Of a stretch of DNA of 64,000 nt, positions 37,627 to 50,300 are shown one piece after another (the first letter of the stretch is position 1; every line of letters begins with the position of its first letter). Under the pieces are notes generated by a model. It was given only the letters and a program-made list of their open reading frames with translations, did no database searches and was not told the origin of the DNA. Source of the stretch: Eledone cirrhosa (lineage: Eukaryota); the NCBI GenBank assembly GCA_964016885.1, contig OZ024742.1, forward strand, positions 9,858,001-9,922,000. The letters run 5' to 3'. A program made the position numbers and the translations under genes.

Positions 37627-39537
37627 CATACAGAAGGGGTTGTTCCGAAGGACTGGCGTAGCAGCATCATCATTAACTGCTACAAGGGTAAAGGAGACGC
37701 CCTAGATAGGAGTAACTATAGAGGCATTAAATTAATCGACCAGGTCATGAAGGTCACGGAAAAAGTAATAGCGCAACTAATCAGAGAGAGAATTGATCTA
37801 GATGAAATGCAGTTCGGGTTTGTGTCATGCAAAAGTACCACAGGTGCTCTTTTCATTGTACGACAACCACAGGAGAAGTACCTAGCTAAAAATAAACCCC
37901 TCTACTTAGCTTTTGTCGACTTGGAGAAAGCCTTCAACAGAGTCCCCCGTTCCATTATCTGGTGGGCTCTTAGAAAACTAGGTGTTGATGAATGGCTTGT
38001 GAGAGCTATACAAGCCATGTATAAAGAAACAGTCAGCAAGCTTAGAATTAACAACGAATATAGTGAAGAGTTTAGCGTAAAAGTTGGTGTTCATCAGGGC
38101 TCTGTTCTTAGCCCCCTACTATTTATTATTACCCTTCAGGCTATAACAGTGGAGTTCAAGACCGGCTGCCCATGGGAACTCCTATACGCAGATGATCTAA
38201 CACTCATAGCTGAATCAATGGGTGAGCTAGAGAAGAAATTCCAAACATGGAAGCACGGCCTAGAATCAAAAGGCCTTAAAATTAACCTGGCTAAGACTAA
38301 AGTTCTAGTTTGTAGGAAAGAAAATAAGGCGCCGGTCCATTCTGGGAAATGGCCATGCTCAGTGTGTAGGAAAGGCATAGGTAGAAACTCCATTTTATGT
38401 CCCAAATTCAAAGAATGGGTGCATAAAAGATGTAGTGGGATCATAGGTAAGCTAACTAAGAACATAGATTTTACATGTGGCCGGTGCTCTGGTGCAATAA
38501 GTAGCAGCAAGTGCCCACAAAATACTAGCTCTTTCAATTGCACAGAGGGTTCTATAGAAATAGTGGACAGCTTCCGTTACCTGGGTGACAACATCAGCAG
38601 TGGGGGAGGGTGCTCTGAAAGTACAGTAGCTAGAGTCAGAACTGGATGGAAAAAATTCAGAGAGCTTATACCACTATTGGCCGCTAAAGGGTTCTCCCTA
38701 AAAATGAAAGGCCGGCTGTATGATGCCTGCATACGAACAGCAATGTTGCATGGCAGTGAGACCTGGGCATTGTGTGCAGAGGATATACGCAGACTAGAGA
38801 GGAACGAAGCTTGCATGGTCCGCTGGATGTGTAATAGTAATATACGCAAACGGCAAAGCATAAACGAACTAAGGGAAAAATTAGAAATAAGAGGGATCAG
38901 ATGTTGTTTACTCGAGAGAAGGCTACGTTGGTATGGTCATGTAATGAGCATGAAAGACGTCAGCTGTATAAAAAAGTGCAGGGCAATAAAAATAGACGGT
39001 TGCCACGGAGTAGGCAGACCCAGAAAAACCTGGGACGACCTGATAAACTCCGACCTCACACACTTACACCTCTCCAAGACAATGTCACTGGACCGAGATT
39101 TTTGGCGGCACTCAGTATTAGAGAAGACCCGCCTTACCTAAATACAAAGTAAAACCTACTACAGTCAGTAGGCATCTCTAACAAAATACACCCCCGTCCC
39201 ACCACCCCCACCCCATCCACACCGCCCCCTTCTATGTAAAGTTATGTTGGTGCCACACCAACCAGGCCGAAACAAATGAGATCATGTAGGTGTCACGACA
39301 AAAAACACACAGTCCACGCTGTAATGTGGCCGTGTAGGCAACACGGTAAAAACCTCCCAGCCCCACACTGTAAATGTGGTTGGTGTTAGGAAGGGCATCC
39401 AGCTGTAGAAAACCCGCCAGACAGTCCTATGTGAGCAAGACAACCACACTTGCCTCAAGTGGGTAAACTCCCGTCCAAACCCATGCAAGCGTGGAACATG
39501 GACGTTAAACGATGATGATGATGATGATGATGATGAT
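37627..39537 (+). mobile_element. 5'-truncated RTE-clade LINE with (GAT)n tail, inserted in (TA)n
   Basis: RT ORF, 3' UTR and a GAT tail at 39511-39537; (TA)n on both sides. Confidence 0.93.
37747..39141 (+). CDS. non-LTR (RTE) reverse transcriptase C-terminal part with embedded PHD-like zinc finger; frame is open upstream to the truncation point
   Basis: Upstream in-frame VPKDWRSS..KGKGD..NYRGIKL. Motifs QFGF, AFVDLEKAF, GVHQGSVLSPLLF, LLYADD, FRYLG, HGSETW, RRLRWYGHV, GRPRKTW. Confidence 0.9.
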   Translation: MKVTEKVIAQLIRERIDLDEMQFGFVSCKSTTGALFIVRQPQEKYLAKNKPLYLAFVDLEKAFNRVPRSIIWWALRKLGVDEWLVRAIQAMYKETVSKLRINNEYSEEFSVKVGVHQGSVLSPLLFIITLQAITVEFKTGCPWELLYADDLTLIAESMGELEKKFQTWKHGLESKGLKINLAKTKVLVCRKENKAPVHSGKWPCSVCRKGIGRNSILCPKFKEWVHKRCSGIIGKLTKNIDFTCGRCSGAISSSKCPQNTSSFNCTEGSIEIVDSFRYLGDNISSGGGCSESTVARVRTGWKKFRELIPLLAAKGFSLKMKGRLYDACIRTAMLHGSETWALCAEDIRRLERNEACMVRWMCNSNIRKRQSINELREKLEIRGIRCCLLERRLRWYGHVMSMKDVSCIKKCRAIKIDGCHGVGRPRKTWDDLINSDLTHLHLSKTMSLDRDFWRHSVLEKTRLT

Positions 39538-39546
39538 ATTTATATT

Positions 39547-39635
<89 letters not shown>

Positions 39636-39767
39636 ATGTGTGTGTATTAAGTTATAATATAGTAAATCGAAAGGAAGTGTATACCTAAGCTCAAAAGAAG
39701 AGTTCAGTTGTCTGATGTTTCTAGACCGCATCATACTCTGTGCTTCGAAAGTATGCTGGACCGTACC

Positions 39768-40272
39768 ACTCTCTCTCTCATCTCTCTCTACTTAACACTC
39801 CCCCTCTCTTCCACCTCTCTCTATTTAACGCTCCCCCCTCTCTCTCTCTTCCATCTCTCTCTTCTTAACACTCCTCCTCTACTTCTCTCTCATCTCTCTC
39901 TACGTAACGCTGTCCTTCTCTCTTTCTCTCTCACCTCTCTCTACTTAACACTCCCCCTCTCTTTCTCTATATCATCTCTCTCTACTTAACACTTCCCCTC
40001 TCTCTTTCTCTCTCCCCGCTTATCTTCCCCCACTCTACTTAACACTCCCCCTGTCTTTCTCCCTCATCTCTCTACGTAATGCTCTCACTCTCTCTTTCTC
40101 TTTCACCTCCCTCTACTTAATACTGCTCCTCTCATCTATCCCCTCTCTACTTACATCTCCTCTCATTCTCTCACCTGTCAACACTTAACTCCTCCCCCTG
40201 TCTCTCTCCCCTCTCTCTACAACATTCTCATTCCCTTTCTCTTACTCTTACCCCCCCCCCCCCTCCTTCTCC
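39768..40272. repeat. degenerate CT-rich minisatellite (~35-40-bp units, ctctctacttaacactcccc)
   Basis: Motif recurs more than 10 times in a polypyrimidine tract. Confidence 0.8.
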
Positions 40273-40636
40273 ACTTTCTAGTAAAACAGACGTAAAAATG
40301 GAAAGCAATATAACAAGATGGCGATATTATGAAAATCTTATTTCGTGTCTAGAGAAACTGAATTAGATAGAATTAATGGAGACCAACCGATAAACGTATC
40401 TACAACACTATCACGAAATAGAAATTTTACTTTCATTTTTCTTCCATTATTTTTCTATGTAGTGATATATTTCTGGGCATCTACGGTTCCATTGTGTGTG
40501 TAGTTATTGTTTATTACTGTCGTTCTATTTCTGACTTATAGGATAATTTTAATTCAGTAATAACTTTCTTGCCCCCTTATTAGCTCCCACCAAACACAAA
40601 TATTCTCTTCATCACTCCTATACTAATACAAATAAT

Positions 40637-40823
40637 TGTTTCTATTTTTGACACAAGGTCAGCAATTACCCAATGCATTATTGGTACTTGATTTTATTGA
40701 CCCCGTAAGGATGAAAGGCAAAGTTAACCTCAGCGGGATTTGAACTCAGAATGGCAAGGGTCGTAACTCTATGCGTGAAATCATGGCGTCCGATCCTCTA
40801 CCGATACTGCCAATACACCGCCT
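40637..40823 (-). mobile_element. SINE
   Basis: gtttctatttttgacacaaggtcagcaatt...gggatttgaactcagaatggcaaggg...ccaatacaccgcc. Confidence 0.9.
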
Positions 40824-40836
40824 TTATACAAATAAT

Positions 40837-40935
40837 TGTTTCTACGTTAGGCACAAGGCCAGCTATTCACCAGTGTATTACTGGTACTTTATTTTATCCA
40901 ACCCGTAAGGATGAAAGGCAAAGTTAACCTCGCCT
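40837..40935 (-). mobile_element. SINE, tandem copy with internal deletion
   Basis: gtttctacgttaggcacaaggcc...aagttaacct joined to cgcc. Confidence 0.85.
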
Positions 40936-41047
40936 TTATACAAATAATGAGATTTATCAGAATTATTATTTCATGTTCTTCAATAAAATGATATTTAATT
41001 TAAACCCAAGGCCAGGAAAATTAGGAAACCCTAGTAAATGAATGCAT

Positions 41048-41315
41048 AGTTGTGTGAATTAGTGGTAAGGTCGTTGGATTTAAGATGATAATGTCGTAGG
41101 TTCGATTCCTGGGCTGGGATGTGAGTTGTGTTCTTAAGCAAAAAGCTTCATTTCGCGTTGCTCCAGTATACTCAGCTGAAAATGAGTACCACCAGCAATG
41201 GCTTGGGGATTGATCCTGCAATGGAAAGTACCCAGTTCAGGAGGGGGAGGGAATCTTGTACTCTCATCGCTTCACCCCACAAAACCGGGATAATCACCTG
41301 CTGAGTGATCTGACA
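41048..41315 (+). mobile_element. second family of tRNA-derived SINE with conserved core resembling V/Meta-type domains
   Basis: A-box-like ttagtggtaagg and B-box ggttcgattcc; gtgttcttaagcaa...ttgctccagtatactcagctgaaaatgagtacc; cctgcaatgga...tcgcttca...aaaccgggataa. Family assignment is from recall. Confidence 0.7.
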
Positions 41316-44300
41316 TTAGACAAATTTAGACTGAGTTTAGACTAGTTCATCAATAGACTGGGGTTAGACTAGTTCATCAATAGACTGGGGTTAGACTAGT
41401 ACATCAATAGACTGGGGTTAGACTAGTACATCAATAGACTGGAGTTAGACTAGTACATCAATAGACTGGGGTTAGACTAGTACATCAATAGACTGGGGTT
41501 AGACTAGTACATCAATAGACTGGAGTTAGACTAGGAAATCAATAGGCTGGGGTGAGACTAGTACATCAATAGACTAGGGTTAGATTAGTACATCAATAGA
41601 CTGGGCTAGACTAGTACATCAATGGACTGTGGTTAGACTAGTACTAGCACATCAATAGACTGGGGTTTGACTAGTATATCAATAGACTGGGGTTCGACTA
41701 GTACATCAAAAGACCATGGTTAACCTAGTACATCAATAGACTGGAGTTAGTCTAGTACATCAATAGACTGGGGTTAGACTAGTACATCAATAGACTAGAG
41801 TTAGACAAGTACATAAATAGACTGGGGTTAGACTAGTACATCAATAGACTGGGGTTATACTAGTACATCAATAGACTAGAGTTAGACAAGTACATAAATA
41901 GACTGGGGTTAGTCTAGTACATCAATAGACTGGGGTTAGACTAGTACATCAATAGACTGGGGTTAGACTAGTACATCAATAGACTGGAGTTAGACTAGTA
42001 CAGCAACAGACTGGGGTTAGACAAGTACATCAATAGACTGGGGTTAGAGTAGTACATCAATAGACTGGGGTTAGACTAGTACATCAATAGACTGGGGTTA
42101 GATTAGTACATCAATAGACTGGAGTTAGACTAGTACATCAATAGACTGGAGTTAGCCTAGTACATAAATAGACTGGGGTTAGTCTAGTACATCAATAGAC
42201 TGGGGTTAGACTAGTACATCAATAGACTGGGGTTAGACTAGTACATCAATAGACTGGAGTTAGACTAGTACATAAATAGACTGGGGTTAGTCTAGTACAT
42301 CAATAGATTGGGGTTAGACTAGTACATCAATAGACTGGGGTTAGATTAGTACATCAATAGACTGGAGTTAGACTAGTACATCAATAGACTGGAGTTAGCC
42401 TAGTACATAAATAGACTGGGGTTAGACTAGTACATCAATAGACTGGGGTTAGACTAGTACATCAATAGACTGGGGTTAGACTAGTACATCAATAGACTGG
42501 AGTTAGACTAGTACATAAATAGACTGGGGTTAGTCTAGTACATCAATAGATTGGGGTTAGACTAGTACATCAATAGACTGGGGTTAGACTAGTACATCAA
42601 TAGACTGGAGTTAGACTAGTACAGCAACAGACTGGGGTTAGACTAGTACATCAATAGACTGGGGTTAGACAAGTACATCAATAGACTGGGGTTAGTTAAG
42701 TACATCAACAGACTGGGGTTAGACAAGTACATCAATAGACTGGGGTTAGTCTAGTACATCAACAGACTGGGGTTAGACAAGTACATCAATAAACTGGGGT
42801 TAGACTAGTACATCAACAGACTGGGGTTAGACAATTACATCAATAGACTGGAGTTAGACTAGTACATCAATAGACTGGGGTTAGACAAGTACATCAATAG
42901 ACTGGGGTTAGACTAGTACATCAATAGACTGAGATTATACTAGTACATCAATAGACTGGGGTTAGACTAGTACATCAAAAGACTAGGGTTAAACTAGTAC
43001 ATCAACAAACTGGGGTTAGATAGTACATCAGTAGACTGGGGTTAGACTAGTACACCAATAGACTGAGATTAGACTAGTACATCAATAGACTGGAGTAGAC
43101 TAGTACATCAATAGACTGTTATTAGACTAGTTCATCAATAGACTGGGGTTAGACTAGTACATCAATAGACTGGGGTTAGACTAGTACATCAATAGACTGG
43201 GGTTAGACTAGTACATCAATAGACTGGGGTTAGACTAGTACATCAATATGCTGGGGTTAGACTAGTACATCAATAGACTGGGGTTAGACTAGTACATCAA
43301 TATGCTGGGGTTAGACTAGTACATTAATAGACTGGGGTTAGACTAGTACATAAATAGACTGGGGTTAGACTACTACATCAATATGCTGGGTTTAGACTAG
43401 TACATCAATAGACTGAGATTAGACTAGTGCATCGATAGACTGGGGTTAGACTAATACATCAATAGACTGAGATTAGATTAGTACATCAATAGACTGAGAT
43501 TAGACTAGTACATCAATAGACTGGAGTTAGCCTAGTACATCAATAGACTGGGGTTAGTCTAGTAAATCAATAGACTGGGGTTAGATTAGTACATCAATAG
43601 ACTGGGGTTAGAGTAGTACATCAATAGACTGGGGTTAGACTAGTACATCAATAGACTGGAGTTAGACTAGTACATCAATAGACTGGAGTTAGACTAGTAC
43701 ATCAATAGACTGGGGTTAGACTAGTACATCAATATGCTGGGGTTAGACTAGTACATCAATAGACTGAGATTAGACTAGTGCATCAATAGACTGGGGTTAG
43801 ACTAATACATCAATAGACTGAGATTAGATTAGTACATCAATAGACTGAGATTAGACTAGTACATCAATAGACTGGAGTTAGACTAGTACATCAATAGACT
43901 GGGGTTAGACTAGTACATCAATAGACTGGAGTTAGACTAGTACATCAATAGACTGGAGTTAGACTAGTACATCAATAGACTGGGGTTAGAATAGTACATC
44001 AATAGACTGGGGTTAGACTAGTACATCAATAGACTGGGGTTAGACTAGTACATCAATAGACTACAGTTAGACTAGTACATCAATAGACTTGAGTTAGACT
44101 AGTACATCAATAGACTGGAGTTAGACTAGTACAACAATAAACTGGGGTTAGACTAGTACACCAATGGACTGTGGTTAGACTAGTACATCAATAGACTGGG
44201 GTTAGACTAGTACATCAATATGCTGGGGTTAGACTAGTACATTAATAGACTGGGGTTAGACTAGTACATCAATAGACTGGGGTTAGACTAGTACATCAAT

Positions 44301-47300
44301 ATGCTGGGGTTAGACTAGTACATCAATAGACTGAGATTAGACTACTGCATCGATAGACTGGGGTTAGACTAATACATCAATAGACTGAGATTAGATTAGT
44401 ACATCAATAGACTGAGATTAGACTAGTACATCAATAGACTGGAGTTAGCCTAGTACATCAATAGACTGGGGTTAGTCTAGTAAATCAATAGACTGGGGTT
44501 AGATTAGTACATCAATAGAGTGGGGTTAGACTAGTACATCAATAGACTGGGGTTAGACTAGTACATCAATAGACTGGGGTTAGACTAGTACATCAATAGA
44601 CTGGGGTTAGATAGTACATCAGTAGACTGGGGTTAGACTAGTACATCAATATACTGGGGTAGACTAGTACATCAATAGACTGATATTAGACTAGTTCATC
44701 AATAGTCTGGGGTTAGACTAGTACATCAATAGACTGGGGTTAGACTAGTACATCAATAGGCTGGGGTTAGACTAGTACATCAATAGACTGAGAGTAGACT
44801 AGTACATCAATAGACTGAGATTAGACTAGTACATCAATGGACTGGAGTTAGCCTAGTACATCAATAGACTGGGATTATACTAGTACATCAATAGACTGGG
44901 GTTAGTCTAGTACATCAATAGACTAGAGTTATACTAGTACATCAATAGACTGGAGATAGACTAGTACATCAATAGACTGGGGTTAGACAAGTACATCAAT
45001 AGACTGGGGTTAGTCTAGTACATCAATAGACTGGAGTTAGACTAGTACATCAATAGACTGGAGTTAGACTAGCACATCAATAGACTGGGGTTAGACTAGT
45101 ACATCAATATGCTGGGGTTAGACTAGTACATCAATAGACTGAGATTAGACTAGTGCATCGATAGACAGGGGTTAGACTAATACATCAATAGACTGAGATT
45201 AGATTAGTACATCAATAGACTGAGGTTAGACTAGTACATCAATAGACTGGAGTTAGACTATTACATCAATAGACTGGGGTTAGACTAGTACATCAATAGA
45301 CTGGGGTTAGACTAGTACATCAATAGACTGGAGTTAGACTAGTACATCAATAGACTGGAGTTAGACTAGTACATCAATAGACTGGGGTTAGAATAGTACA
45401 TCAATAGACTGGGGTTAGACTAGTACATCAATAGACTGGGGTTAGACTAGTACATCAATAGACTGCAGTTAGACTAGTACATCAATAGACTTGAGTTAGA
45501 CTAATACATCAATAGACTGGAGTTAGACTAGTACAACAATACACTGGGGTTAGACTAGTACACCAATGGACTGTGGTTAGACTAGTACATCAATAGACTG
45601 AGATTAGACTAGTTCATCAATAGACTGGGGTTAGACTAGTACATCAATAGACTGGAGTTAGACTAGTACATCAATAGACTGGGGTTAGACTAGTACATCA
45701 ATAGACAGGGGTTAGACTAGTACATCAATAGACAGGGGTTAGACTAGTACATCAATACACTGGAGTTAGACTAGGAAATCAATAGGCTGGGGTGCAACAA
45801 GTACATCAATAGACTGAGATTAGACTAGTACATCAATAGACTGGAGTTAGACTAGCACATAAATAGACTGGGGTTAGACTAGTACATCAATAGACAGGGG
45901 TTAGACTAGTACATCAATAGACTGGGGTTATACTAGTACATCAATAGACTGGGGTTAGACTAGTACATCAATAAACTGGGGTTAGATAGTACATCAGTAG
46001 ACTGGGGTTAGACTAGTACATCAATAGACTGGGGTAGACTAGTACATCAATAGACTGATATTAGACTAGTTCATCAATAGAGTGGGGTTAGACTAGTACA
46101 TAAATAGACTGGGGTTAGACTAGTACATCAATGGACTGGAGTTAGCCTAGTACATCAATAGACTGGGATTATACTAGTACATCAATAGACTGGGGTTAGT
46201 CTAGTACATCAATAGACAGGAGTTAGACTAGTACATCAATAGACTGGAGTTAGACTAGTACATCAATAGACTGGGTTAGACTAGTACATAAACAGACTTG
46301 GGTTAGTCTAGTACATCAATAGACTGGGGTTAGACTAGTACATCAATAGACAGGAATTAAACTAGAACAGCAACAGACCGGGTTAGACAAGTACATCAAT
46401 AGACTGGGGTTAGAGTAGTACATCAATAGACTGGGGTTAGACTAGTACATCAATAGACTGGGTTTAGATTAGTACATCAATAGACTGGAGTTAGACTAGT
46501 ACATAGATAGACTGGGGTTAGTCTAGTACATCAATAGACAGGGGTTAGACTAGTACATCAATAGACTGGGGTTAGAGTAGTACATCAATAGACTGGAGTT
46601 AGACTAGTACAGCAACAGACTGGGGTTAGACAAGTACATCAATAGACTGTGGTTAGAGTAGTACATCAATAGACTGGGGTTAGACTAGTACATCAATAGA
46701 CTGGAGTTAGACTAGTACAGCAACAGACTGGGGTTAGACAAGTACATCAATAGACTGGGGTTAGATTAGTACATCAATAGACTAGGGTTAAACTAGTACA
46801 TCAATAGACTGAGATTAGTCTAGTACATCAATAGACTGGGGTAGACTAGTACATCAATAGACTGGGGTTAGACTAGTACATCAATAGACTGAGATTAGAT
46901 TAGTACATCAATAGCCTGAGATTAGACTAGTACATCAACAGTCTGGAGTTAGCCTAGTACATCAATAGACTGGGGTTAGTCTAGTAAATCAATAGACTGG
47001 GGTTAGATTAGTACATCAATAGACTGTGGTTAGACTAATACATCAATAGACTGGGGTTAGACTAGTACATCAATAGACTGGAATTAGACTAGTACATCAA
47101 TAGACTGGGGTTAGACTAGTACACCAATGGACTGTGGTTAGACTAGTACATCAATAGACTGAGATTAGACTAGTACATCAATAGACTGGGGATAGACTAG
47201 TACTTCAATAGACTGGAGTTAGACTAGTACATCAATAGACTGGGGTTAGACTAGTACATCAATAGACTGGGGTTAGACTAGTACATCAATAGACTGGAGT

Positions 47301-50300
47301 TAGACTAGGAAATCAATAGGCTGGGGTGAGACTAGTACATCAATAGACTGAGATTAGACTAGTACATCGATAGACTGTAGTTAGACCAGTACATCAATAG
47401 ACCTGAGTAAGACTAGTAAATCAATAGACTGGTGTTAGACTAGTAAATCAATAGACTGGATTAGACGAGTACATCAATGGACTGAGATTAGACTAGTAAA
47501 TCAATAGACTGGTGTTAGACTAGTACATCAATAGCCTAGGTTTAGACTAGTACATCAATAGACTGAGATTAGACTAGTACATCAGTAGACTGGAGTTAGC
47601 CTAGTACATCAATAGACTGGGATTAGAATAGTACATCAATAGACTGGGGTTAGTCTAGTACATCAATAGACCGAGATTATACTAGTACATCATTAGACTG
47701 GGGTTAGACTAGTACGTCAATAAACTGGGGTTAGATAGTACATCAGTAGACTGGGGTTAGACTAGTACATCAATAGACTGGGGTTAGACTAGTACATCAA
47801 TAGACTGGGGTAGACTAGTACATCAATAGACTGATATTAGACTAGTTCATCAATAGACTGTGGTTAGACTAGTACATCAATAGACTTAGATTAGACTAGT
47901 ATATCAATAGACTGAAATTAGACTAGTACATCAACAGACTGGAGTTAGGCTAGTACTTTAATAAACTGGGGTTAGACTACTCCATATATAGACTGAGATT
48001 AGACTAGTACATCGATAGACTGGGGTTAGACTAATACATCAATAGACTGGGGTTAGATTAGTACATCAATAGACTGGGGTTAGACTAGTACATCAATGGT
48101 CTGGGGTTAGACTAGTACATCAATAGACTGAGATTAGACTAGTACTAGTACATCAATAGACTGGGGTTTGACTAGTACATCAATAGACTTGGGTTGGACT
48201 AGTACATCAATAGACTGTGGTTAGACTAGTACATCAATAGACTGAGATTAGACTAGTACTAGTACATCAATAGACTGGGGTTAGACTAGTACATCAATAG
48301 ACTGGATTTAATCTAGTACATCAATAGACTGGGTTTAGAATAGTACAGCTATAGACTGGGGTTAGTCTAGTACATCAATAGACTGGGGTTAAACTAGTAC
48401 ATGAATAGACTGGGGTTAGACTAGTACACCAACAGACTGGGGTTAGACAAGTACATCAATAGACTGGGGTTAGTCTAGTACAACAATAGACTGAGATTAT
48501 ACTAGTACGTCAATAAACTTGGGTTAGATGGTACATCAGTAGACTGGGGTTAGACGAGTACATCAATAGACTGGGGTTAGACTAGTACATCAATAGGCTA
48601 GGTTTAGACTAGTACATCAATATACTGAGAGTAGACTAGTACATCGATAGAATGGGGTTAGACTAATACATCAATAGAGTGAGATTAGATTAGTACATCA
48701 ATAGACTGAGATTAGACTAGTACATCAATGGACTGGAGTTAGTCTAGTACATCAATAGACTGGGATTATACTAGTACATCAATAGACTGGGGTTAGAATA
48801 GTACATCAATAGACTGGGGTTAGACTAGTACATCAATAGACTGGGGTTAGACTAGTACATCAATAGACTACAGTTAGACTAGTACATCAATAGACTTGAG
48901 TTAGACTAGTACATCAATAGACTGGAGTTAGACTAGTACAACAATAAACTGGGGTTAGACTAGTACACCAATGGACTGTGGTTAGACTAGTACATCAATA
49001 GACTGGGGTTAGACTAGTACATCAATATGCTGGGGTTAGACTAGTACATTAATAGACTGGGGTTAGACTAGTACATCAATAGACTGGGGTTAGACTAGTA
49101 CATCAATATGCTGGGGTTAGACTAGTACATCAATAGACTGAGATTAGACTAGTGCATCGATAGACTGGGGTTAGACTAATACATCAATAGACTGAGATTA
49201 AATTAGTACATCAATAGACTGAGATTAGACTAGTACATCAATAGACTGGAGTTAGCCTAGTACATCAATAGACTGGGGTTAGTCTAGTAAATCAATAGAC
49301 TGGGGTTAGATTAGTACATCAATAGACTGGGCTTAGACTAGTACATCAATAGACTGGGGTTAGACTAGTACATCAATAGACTGGGGTTAGACTAGTACAT
49401 CAATAGACTGGGGTTAGATAGTACATCAGTAGACTGGGGTTAGACTAGTACATCAATATACTGGGGTAGACTAGTACATCAATAGACTGATATTAGACTA
49501 GTTCATCAATAGTCTGGGGTTAGACTAGTACATCAATAGACTGGGGTTAGACTAGTACATCAATAGGCTGGGGTTAGACTAGTACATCAATAGACTGAGA
49601 GTAGACTAGTACATCAATAGACTGAGATTAGACTAGTACATCAATGGACTGGAGTTAGCCTAGTACATCAATAGACTGGGATTATACTAGTACATCAATA
49701 GACTGGGGTTAGTCTAGTACATCAATAGACTAGAGTTATACTAGTACATCAATAGACTGGAGATAGACTAGTACATCAATAGACTGGGGTTAGACAAGTA
49801 CATCAATAGACTGGGGTTAGTCTAGTACATCAATAGACTGGAGTTAGACTAGTACATCAATAGACTGGAGTTAGACTAGCACATCAATAGACTGGGGTTA
49901 GACTAGTACATCAATATGCTGGGGTTAGACTAGTACATCAATAGACTGAGATTAGACTAGTGCATCGATAGACAGGGGTTAGACTAATACATCAATAGAC
50001 TGAGATTAGATTAGTACATCAATAGACTGAGGTTAGACTAGTACATCAATAGACTGGAGTTAGACTATTACATCAATAGACTGGGGTTAGACTAGTACAT
50101 CAATAGACTGGGGTTAGACTAGTACATCAATAGACTGGAGTTAGACTAGTACATCAATAGACTGGAGTTAGACTAGTACATCAATAGACTGGGGTTAGAA
50201 TAGTACATCAATAGACTGGGGTTAGACTAGTACATCAATAGACTGGGGTTAGACTAGTACATCAATAGACTGCAGTTAGACTAGTACATCAATAGACTTG

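Noticed and set aside
40313-40330. YY1-like caagatggcg motif or start codon after a CT-rich tract
   Set aside because: The frame closes after four codons, and there is no other promoter evidence.
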